Shown here piece after piece: positions 53,916 through 64,000 of a stretch of 64,000 nt of DNA. A program made the translations under genes and the position numbers. This DNA is from Chrysomallon squamiferum. Its lineage: Eukaryota > Animalia > Mollusca. Position 1 is the stretch's first letter; every line of letters begins with the position of its first letter. The notes below the pieces were generated by a model. That model saw nothing but the letters and a program-made list of their open reading frames with translations. It made no database searches and was not told where the DNA came from. The stretch covers positions 27,838,001 through 27,902,000 of the forward strand of contig CM022673.1 of assembly GCA_012295275.1 (NCBI GenBank), in the 5' to 3' direction.

Positions 53916-56309
53916 TTTATTAACAATGAGTTTTGAACCAGTAATTTCAGACATCTGTTTTAACCTGGGATTTTAATGGTAGAAGTTATTCATTTTTACG
54001 TATTTTATTTACATACTTCTATGTCAGTGTTAGTTTCATTCCAGTTGGGATTGAGATAGCTCACTCGTGTGCTCACAGTTGTGGAGATTCGATACCTGAA
54101 ATATGTTTTTAAAAAAAACCTATATTCAAATTTCTTAAAGATTTTGCAAATAAAATTTAAGATTATTGTATTTCATTAACTGCAATTTTAAATATCTGAA
54201 AACTACAGTGGCAGAAATGCAACAACATCCTGATTTTCCTAACAGAGAAACACTATTTACTTTTCTTATGACAAGCAGCAACAGTTATTAAGCATCAGCG
54301 TATTAATTCATTTTCAAACAAACGATTTGTTATTTTAATGACATCTCAGCTAATATTCTGAACATCTAAATCCTTATCATTTTGACATTATTGTTATCTA
54401 ACATTAAAACAGTTATTAAAATTAGAATAAATATTAAATATGACTGAAAGATACACTATTTTACTGGACCTGATGTTATCTCTATGTTGAATTGGAAGCA
54501 GTGTGTTAATATTAAAACAGATAATGAAATAATATTATTAAAAGAAAAATATTTTAATGATAACAAAGAGCAAAAAATCTTCAAGTCTTTTTTCTCTGAT
54601 GCAAACACAATAACAGCCAAACATAATGTTTTTTATTTTGTTTTACCTATATTATTATACACTTTTTAAAACAGAAAACCTCACCTTGGGATTTCATCTG
54701 TTTGATGAATTCCATTATCAATGGCGTCTATTTCCTCCATAAAGTTTTCATACAGTTTGTCAAAGATCAAGTCAGTGGCAGGATCTGAATCTTTGAGTCC
54801 AAGAAGCTGCTGAATGACTCTGTGACCAAAATGAACGTAAATCAGACCAGCACTGCTCAGCTTTGTCGTCCACGGCTTTTTGGGTTTTAGACTGTTCACA
54901 GTTTCGCTGAATGTTCTAAAATTCAAAACAGATTTCTTAGTATTTGTAAATAAAGGAGAAATTTTAAAAATTATTTTTTTATATTATTATTTATTGTGTC
55001 ATTTTGATTAGCAAATGAATTCCATTAGAAAACTTGTGTAGTTATAATAATAGTATTATTTTCACTGAATGGTTAATAAGTATTAAGTATTTTGTGTACA
55101 TGTCCATTTGTATTTTTTAATAAAGCAAAATGAATCTGAAAATTTGTATGTAGTATATATTTAAAAAAAAGAAGTCTTGATGTTAATAAACATCAAATGT
55201 TTCTCTATATTTGTTTCTAGGAAAATTCTACCTTTGGTGATGATCAAATCTGTTCTTGCTTGGATCAAAAACTCCACCTACATCTACAACTATATCACAA
55301 GTTTCCAGAACCTTTTCATCTCTTGTTCTGTAAACAAAAATTTGTTTTTAATAAAATAAACATTTGAAATGGATCAGTTCATCTTGTCTAGATGATTTTA
55401 ACCTCTTTAGTATTTTAAACATTGCTTCAGTAGTCACAATATTTATTTTGACTGTGTCTGCAGAAACGACTATAAATATACCAAGTTGTAAAAACAATCT
55501 GTTGAAAACATCAGTAATTATTATTCATCTTGACAAACGGTTAATTCAACAAATCTAAATATTAACTAATAAAAAAAATGTGTTAGTTACATACAAAATG
55601 TTATAGAAAAGCTAGTGTAGGCCTAACACCAAATTAAGCATCAAATAAATTTTGTAAGCATAAGAAAATGAGTTTCCTTGATGTCAGCAGATATCAGAAA
55701 GAACATTACGTTCATACTTACAAATTATTATAATCATGCAGTTAATAACTATTAATAACTAAAAACTATACATGATTATTACTGATTTCAGAAACAGTCA
55801 ATATTTTGATGATGTTATATAACTAGCAAAAGATATTTCTTCTTTAATGTTGAAAATCTAGAAAAAATATATATATTTCTATTTTTAAAATCTAGAAAAA
55901 GATTTTTTAAATGTCCTACATCAAGGATGAAAAGTCAGCTGAAAAAAAGTGAATTGTATTTAATAATTTTTAGAGCTAAAGTATAGACAAATTTAGATGA
56001 TTTGGGGCTTAGTTTGATAAATTAACCAAGAATCAATTGAACTTATTCATTTTTATTAATCTAATGATTAGCAAAGTTATTACTAACCTAACTATCTCAG
56101 CATCTTTATACTGTGGTAATAATTTCAACATGTAACATGCCAACACCTCATCACAGTGAAAATTTCCATTGTGTGTTCCAATCTTCATCATGCAAGCTTT
56201 CTTTGAAGCAGGCTCTCCAGACATGTAGCAAAAATTATGGAATTTGAGAACAGACGTAAATCTAGAAACATCAAAAATAAATCTTTAATAATATTAACTA
56301 TCATGATAC

Positions 56310-56374
<65 letters not shown>

Positions 56375-56763
56375 ATTAAATTTAACCAGTTATTTAAACA
56401 TAATTATTATGATAATAATAGTTGAAAATATTCATTATATCGCATGTTTATGGCTCATTAATAACATGTCTTGTCTATTATGAACTGGTTAATCTAATCG
56501 TAGATCTTGATTAATCATTTAATCAAATTAACCAATTTAATGCCGTTCAAGTTTCAGTCTTAGTTCATTAATTAAGTTTAAAAGATTAGGAGTAGAACGA
56601 TAATTAATTCAGTTTTATTCTGAATTATTTAACATCACTGTGTTGGACTATATATTTAAAGTGGATAAATAATAATGTTTAGTTAAGTATTAAAATCCAC
56701 TAATGGATGCACACACTTGATATGTTGTCCAACTTTTGAAAACGCGGTAGAAATGAAAAGCAT
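52318..56763 (-). CDS. MYG1: MYG1 exonuclease (DHH family); 341 aa from Met at 56224, ~369 aa if the upstream presequence exon is used
   Basis: Exons (56763-56717 tentative), 56261/56224-56088, 55327-55232, 54915-54685, 54095-54017, 53747-53625, 53155-52974, 52495-52318. Motifs [26 protein letters not shown]...[49 protein letters not shown]. Confidence 0.94.
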
Positions 56764-57027
56764 GCGCGCCGAATTCGATTGCCTCGGGTTTAGTCTCGAT
56801 CATTTAATTTCAGTGTCTAGTGAACGAGACCAAAGTGTTTCTTATGTTTAAAAATATTCCTCCGATATGAATCAGCACCTTAATTAATATTTGTACTTCT
56901 TACTTTTTTTTCTTCTTCTTCTTTTAATATAATACTTGTAAAATATATGTCTTTTGTCATCTTTGCTTACTGTAAATAGTATTGCTTCACGAAGAAGACC
57001 GCAAATGACTGACATTGTGTTTATTGG

Positions 57028-57093
<66 letters not shown>

Positions 57094-57647
57094 CGGCATT
57101 CCGTTCTACCAGAATAATCTTCTGCAACAAAAGGTAATTGAAAACGATAACGCAGTTACTATTACGATGATGATGATAAAACTGTATGTATTTAGGAGCC
57201 GCTACATTTATATTTAGTTATCGCTAACAATAAACATCCTGATCCTTTGTGTAACATAACGCGAGTATCTCTGTTATTCACCTGTTTTATTTTCATTTTA
57301 ACTACATCCCGTACCTTACTGTGAGTGCACGTACTTCAGAAAAGTTGATTGTGTGAATCCGGATGTACGACCATCCCGTTTTAGATTAAGATAATGATCG
57401 CAGGATAAACATAGTCTACTATCTTACTCACTTTCTTATCTATGTACCTCAGTGATTCTAAGGTGAAACAGATAATCAAACTACATAGAAGAAAAGTATG
57501 TAAAAATATTTTTAGTTACAATAAAAATTTCAGGTATGTCAATGGCTACAAACTAAGCAAATATGTGTAGATTTAAAATGATAGTTATATTAAGAATAAT
57601 ATGTGTTAATGTGTCATTCTAACGTAGTCCTATATTTTTGAAATACG

Positions 57648-57750
<103 letters not shown>

Positions 57751-58304
57751 TATGTATCTGTATGTATATTCATATATAAGTGTGTGTCTGCTTCTTGTTT
57801 TGGGGGTAATGAATGTATATATTGCTGCAGATGCTGTTCGACTAATATTGCTATTAATACGACGATAACTACTGCTATTATTATTACTAAATTTATTATT
57901 ACTTCTTTTATTACTAGTAGTACTGTTAGTATTACTACTGCTACTGCTACTACTACTACTACTACTACTACTAATAATAATACCTTTACTATCGATTTTT
58001 CAACAAATACTATTAAAACATCTTCTAATAATAAAACTAATTTACTCTAGCACTACTGAATATCGACCAGTAATTAATTACAAGCTATATTTATAGTTTA
58101 TCCAGCGTGCCAGACATCAGAATGTCAGACGTTTCTAAAAGCAGAATATTACCTGCTGTTTTTGTTTACATTCTCTTTTATATGGCTTGAGACTTATCTT
58201 TAACATTTCAACACAGAAAGGAACGAAAGACAAAACTTTTATTTAACGACTCTTTGAACACAGCTCTAACATAATGGTTAAGCACAATACAGATAAAATG
58301 TGTT

Positions 58305-58412
<108 letters not shown>

Positions 58413-58926
58413 CTGCCTCTGCTGTGCTTTAATTTAGAGGATTTGTTTTTATATGAAAAGACAGCAAATTTTTGCAAAATGAATTTTTGTTTTGTTTTTA
58501 GTCTGTTAAAAATTGTTTAGCTGATGAATGACATAACCAACTGGTCCAATGAATAACTGACTGAGTTGTTGCCTATTTCACATATTATGCAATAAAAATT
58601 ATTCTCATGCTACAGGACATAGTCACTAAATATAAAATTGTTTTATTGTTTTGGACAGCTATTTTACTGATATGGTTGGTTGGTTAGCTGATTGAATTTT
58701 TGTTTTATTTTGTTGATTGAGTTTATTCAATGGCTGACGGTTGATGGTTGATTATTGATTCGGTGAGTGGAAATTTACGGGTAGCTGGTTATGCAGTAAT
58801 TTATTATTGACTAATACAACAGTTAGAAAAGATTTACCCGATTCCTTCGGTACTTTGTTTGTGTGTTTTCTTTAGATGGATCGCGATTGTTTTTTACTCT
58901 ATTTGTTCGACGTGGTTTGGTCGTTG

Positions 58927-59401
58927 TCTGACTGATTGAATGAATTACTGACTGATTGACTGACTGACTGATTGACTGATTGACTGTCTTACTGATTGAC
59001 TGTCTTACTGACTGACTGACTGACTGACTGATGAACTGACAGACTGACTGATTGACTGACTGATTGACTGACTGATTGACTGACTGACTGACTGACTGAC
59101 TGACTGACTGACTGATTGACTGTCTTACTGATTGACTGTCTTACTGACTGACTGTCTTACTGACTGACTGACTGACTGACTGATTAACTGACTGACTGAC
59201 TGACTGACTGATTAACTGACTGACTGACTGACTGACTGACTGACTGACTGACTGATTGACTGTCTTACTGATTGACTGTCTTACTGACTGACCGACTGAC
59301 CGACCGACCGACCGATCGATCGATCGATTGATTGATTGATCGATTGGTCGACCGACCGATCGATCGATTGATTGATTGATTGATTGATTTATTGATTGAC
59401 T
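58927..59401. repeat. Compound tetranucleotide satellite (ACTG)n grading into (ACCG)n, (ATCG)n and (ATTG)n
   Basis: Seen directly; includes a recurring higher-order unit 'attgactgtcttactg'. Confidence 0.95.
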
Positions 59402-59835
59402 GGTTGCATGTTCAATAACTAGTTCTGCTCATACGGTTGTTTACTTGTGCATTCGTTTGGCAGCTTTTTTTTTTTTCTATTTTTCTTTTTCTTTATTCTT
59501 GTCATCTTTTATGTAATCGCTTTCTCCATCGTCGTGGAACATAATTAGCGGATTATATGTAATTCTGCTCTTACCGATTTGGTACTTGTACAGAAATTAG
59601 TTGTGGTAACATGAATAATAATGGCATTAGAATCGGATGTGTGACAGTGGTTTATGAAGACGTAGGCGGTAGATACGACAAGCCACGCAAACTTGAATAG
59701 TCAAAGTAATTATAAAGGCAGCCATTGATTTTGACGAAATAGTTGTTTTTGCATTTGAATTTCTTTTCTTTTTTCTTGTATATTTTTTTTTTTTTTTTTT
59801 TTTTTTTATTTTTTTTTTTTTGATTATTATTATTA

Positions 59836-59888
<53 letters not shown>

Positions 59889-61139
59889 GTATTGTATTGT
59901 ATTTTGATTTTGATTTTTCTTTATTTTTTTTTTTTTTTTTATTTTTTAATTTTAATTTTTAATTTTTTTTATTTTAGATATAATAATTATATTTTGTATT
60001 AGTAATACATCAGTAGCAGATATATACATGTAGTCAGCGCCGGGTATAGTTTTATGGAGCCCTTTTGCATAGGCTTAAATTAAATATATCAATAAATAAA
60101 TAAATAAATAAATAATAAGAAGTTAAGTTCAAAAAGCACATATTTTAAAATATATATATATTTCAGTAAAAGGAGAGAAATTCATATTTTTTACTCTCGA
60201 AAATTAACCATTTTGGAAACAAAAACGAAAAACCTTCGACATTAACATGACCCCAAAGTGAACGTACTTGGTTTCAACACACATTTTTTTTTTTTTTCAA
60301 ACTGTGAAACTGTACGAAAACAAACATGGCGGCAAAAGAAATTAATGTCGCAATTCGAAGCAGTGGTCTTTCATTAACAGGTCTGTTAACTGTCTTCAGT
60401 TGAGTTAAATCAATTCTCGAAGGGTTCAGAGTTGTTAGCCTGTCTGTCTCAGAAACTGATAACTACGAAAATTCAATAAGAGTAATTGTTTTGCCATCAC
60501 GTCGAAAGTACGTCAAACGTGCAGACGACAAGCTCCGTTTGGAATCTTCGAAAGAGTCATCTGATAGAGAATATATGGTGGAATATCTGAGTTAATGGGA
60601 TATTGATGCCATAGAAAGAAAGACAATAATTATTCAGTTATGAGTAACGTATTTTAGGATTAAGTCGACTTAACTAAACGAATACAGATAATCAAGTATC
60701 TTTTGTGCGGAATACATTATTTTACTCAAGTTAGAGTACCTGTTTTAACACAGTTAAAAAAAAAAAAAAAGAGAATGAAATCAATTTTAATTTATAAACT
60801 AAATAAAGGCAAAAAGAGTTTAAAATAAAAAATAAATAAATAAATAAAACGGAGAGAATATTAACGCTAAGTATCCAAAATAGCAAGAAAACATAGAGAT
60901 AAATAATATAATTCAGTCCCAGACACAAATCAAACACACAGAATAAACAGATATACACACATAACAAATGAACTCAAACTGAGACACGATATTTTTGTGT
61001 ATGTGTATGTATTTGCGTGTATGTTTGTATATGGGCACAAAACATCTACGCACGTACGTACGCATAAATTATTTGTCTGTGAAGAAGCTTTCGTAAACAT
61101 AAACACGAGAAGTCTGCTCTCTAAAGTTCAATAACAAGA

Positions 61140-61340
61140 TAACTGACCGTGTACAGATATAAGTACGTCTGGATTGGTCACGAGTGCTTGCAGCAGTCGA
61201 TAAGTCCAGCGTAAAGTGAAACGTCTTATCTCAGCCGCGGGTGGTATAGCTGAGAACACGCGGCCATTACACGCTAAGTATGACGTCATTGCTGAAGTAT
61301 TGATATTGTGTCAAGAGGATACGAAAGTACTGAAGATTTA
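61140..61340. promoter_or_regulatory. Promoter/enhancer-like CpG-richer patch
   Basis: Inverted CCAAT (GATTGG ~61172), YY1-like CGGCCATT (61261) and a perfect CRE TGACGTCA (61281-61288), in AT-rich surroundings. No linked gene recognised in the window. Confidence 0.35.
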
Positions 61341-62029
61341 CCAGCGCATCAGGATATCCTCAATTTTAACTGATTAAATTGTTTTGAAAAATATATACAG
61401 CCTTCGTTATTTCTTGTATAAAAAATATTTTGAAAAAAAAAACAGGACACGCAGATAGTTTTTTACTCTCGATAAATGAAGAAAGGAATCCAGTTTTGAA
61501 ACAAGTTAACCTTAACAGTATAGAGTAGTCTTTAAAACTGACGCACAAATACAAGCAAATAAACATAATCAACAACAACTACTACTAATACTAATACTTC
61601 TAAACCAGCAACAAGTAATAGAAATGAATTTTATAATAATAAATAAATGTGTGTGTGTGTGTATATATATATAAACAAAATAAAATAAAATAAATAATAA
61701 AGAAGACTTTGAATTTATAACATTGCAAGTAATATATGTGGAAGAATTAATACTTCGTTGCTATGTATAGTGGCACAAAGATACTGACAAAATCATATTG
61801 AAATATATTGCTCTATAGCAGACTGCAAAACGTAAGGCTCATAATAATTCAGTTTTCAGTTGTTAGTCCACACAAAAAAATAAAAAAATAAAAAGTTATC
61901 TAATTATAAAATATAGTGTCTTGATGGATGAATAAATAACAAGTGAAGATCTCATTTTCTAATAAAGTCGGAACTTTGTGTTCCTCATATAAAATTATTT
62001 GTGTTATTTATCTCTTTTTCCTTTTTTCT

Positions 62030-62145
62030 TTCTTCTTCTTCTTCTTCTTCTTCTTCTCTATCGTTTTCTTCTTCATCTTCCTCCTCTTCTTCTTCTTCTT
62101 CTTCTTCTTCTTCTTCTTCTTCTTCTTCTTCTTCTTCTTCTTCTC
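62030..62145. repeat. (TTC)n microsatellite; (ATT/AAT)n tracts also at ~5992-6049, 19125-19380, 27246-27298, 28156-28208, 33840-33920, 56312-56373, 63668-63730
   Basis: Seen directly. Confidence 0.95.
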
Positions 62146-63666
62146 TTTGATCTTGAGCAAATGTCGCTCAAACTAATATCCCACGTTTTCAGCTCAGTGT
62201 ACCTCGTCGTTAGAGAAAACATATCTTGCATAACTTCAAACCATTTCTTTCATCATGGTCAAATTGTAGAGAATGGGAAAAATGCCTTTAAGTACCATCC
62301 TTGGCCATGACTTAGATTTACAATACACGGTTTCGCCGATCCTTTAAATTCTTAAAAATCTCTGTTCAAGTAATCGCTTCGGCACGTCACAAAGGTGTAT
62401 AGCTGTTTACACCTGATCATAAATCAAAAAGGAACGACGAAGGAGAGAGAGAGATACTTGTACAAGGGCTGTAAAAACTGGTCTGTTTAACAAGCGTCTC
62501 TGTGAGATCGAGACTCAGTTATAAAGAAAGGGTCTGCAATGTCTGTCTTAACACTAAGATATACGATATGGTTGTACTTTTGAATAGTTTTGATTTGTTT
62601 TATTTATGTATTATTTCATTTTTAAAATATTTTTTGTCATTTTTTAAATTATTTTTATTATTGTTTTTATTATATATATAAATAACTTTTTTTTTAAATT
62701 TTAAAAAAGATAAAGAAAAAGGATTATTATTACTTTATATGAAAATATATATATCAAAAAAGAATGCTATTATTGTTTTCTTTTATTAATTTGTATCCAT
62801 TAATTTATTAATTCATTTCCACCATAAAAAATCAGCTAAAAATTAATTTTTAAAAAACATCATTAAATGAACAGCCCAAAGCTTGTAGGACCGTAGAATA
62901 ATAATTAAAAAAATAATAATAATGATAAATAAAAACAAAATAAAAACAAACAAAAAAAAAAAAAAAAAAAATAAAAATAAAAAAAAAAAAATAATAATAA
63001 CATTTACTGTATGTATAGATAAATTACACACACATATAGCATCCAGGAATGCAGGCAACATATTTAATTGTCATATTTGCTGACAGAATTTTTTTTATCC
63101 GGGGAAAAAAAATAAAAAAATAAAGAAAACACAGAAAGAAAAAAAAATCACCATACACAGATAAGGTCACAGAAAGAAAACATTTCATCATTCACTATTT
63201 TCATTACAAACTTCACTAATTAACTCTTTGATACGCACTGATTTAACCTACACCCAAAAATAGCGTTTAAATAATTGAATTTAGTTCGCAGTAAGAAATC
63301 CATTAATTACTTTAACAGGCAAACAGGACGGATTATGCGCAAACAAACCTTTTGTGAATATGGACATACAGGCTGTCGTCCTGTAATGAAATTGCTTCTG
63401 TCGTATTGACTTTACAAGCAGGGAAACGTTATACAGTTCATTTTGTAGAAACATACAGAAAAGGAAATAATGATTATTCCTCAACTGGGTTTTTATCTGA
63501 TGTAGACATTTTTGGTCCCAGTGTCTGATATGGTATTAAAACAGCTAATCCGATATTTTTAAGCTTTGTCGGAAAATAATAAGTGTTCACCTTAGCCACA
63601 GCTGTTAAATGTACAGAAAGTTGGGTTTGGCTGTTAATTAATTTATAAATATTTTTTGTTATTCCA

Positions 63667-63730
<64 letters not shown>

Positions 63731-64000
63731 TAAATATAATTTTTGTTGTTGTTGTTGTAGATAATTTAATGTTTAAAACATTTGAAACTCACGTATATGT
63801 TTGTGGGTAAACATGTGTGTATGTGTTTGTGTGTATGTGACTCAGAGAAATATATCCCCCAAAAATCCGTAAAAGCAAAATTAATATAAAGATAATGTAA
63901 AAATAATTTTAAATTTCATAAACATTTATATTGATAATGTATTCTTTACATTGCAGTTATAATAATTATTGTCTGTGTTATTATATTCCACCTGTCTCAA

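Noticed and set aside
62146-62420. Higher-complexity patch after the (TTC)n tract
   Set aside because: No frame gave a recognisable protein or consistent splice sites.

Overview
AT-rich, microsatellite-dense, intron-containing animal genomic DNA. It looks invertebrate and probably molluscan (possibly cephalopod); that is an inference from composition and gene style only. There are no prokaryotic features (no CRISPR, operons, rRNA or tRNA), and most ORFs in the supplied track are microsatellite artefacts. The left 25 kb is a tandem segmental duplication (about 1-10640 vs about 12324-25500). Each unit carries an 11-exon CAP/SCP (CRISP-like)-EGF-ShKT gene; the left unit also carries a truncated 3' end of UBE2T. 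Copy B (13355-23380) is intact and ends in a hydrophobic anchor-like tail. Copy A (835-7756) has lost that tail and the GHYTQ.VW motif. It also differs from B almost only at amino-acid-changing sites in two exons (18 replaced vs 1 silent codon; 9 vs 0) while keeping all cysteines, and it now carries a 2-nt frameshift. This looks like accelerated evolution of a toxin-like or secreted paralogue, followed by possible inactivation, and is the strongest lead in the window. The rest is a compact block of conserved genes: UBE2T(-)/VHL(+) head-to-head, PAXIP1(-)/DCAF7(+) head-to-head, and MYG1(-) with a probable spliced mitochondrial presequence. PAXIP1 contains a U12-type minor intron. Several TE relics are present (LINE 3' end, Tigger, two MITEs, a possible solo LTR). 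I did not find a convincing wholly new biological system. Exon coordinates and codon counts were made by hand.
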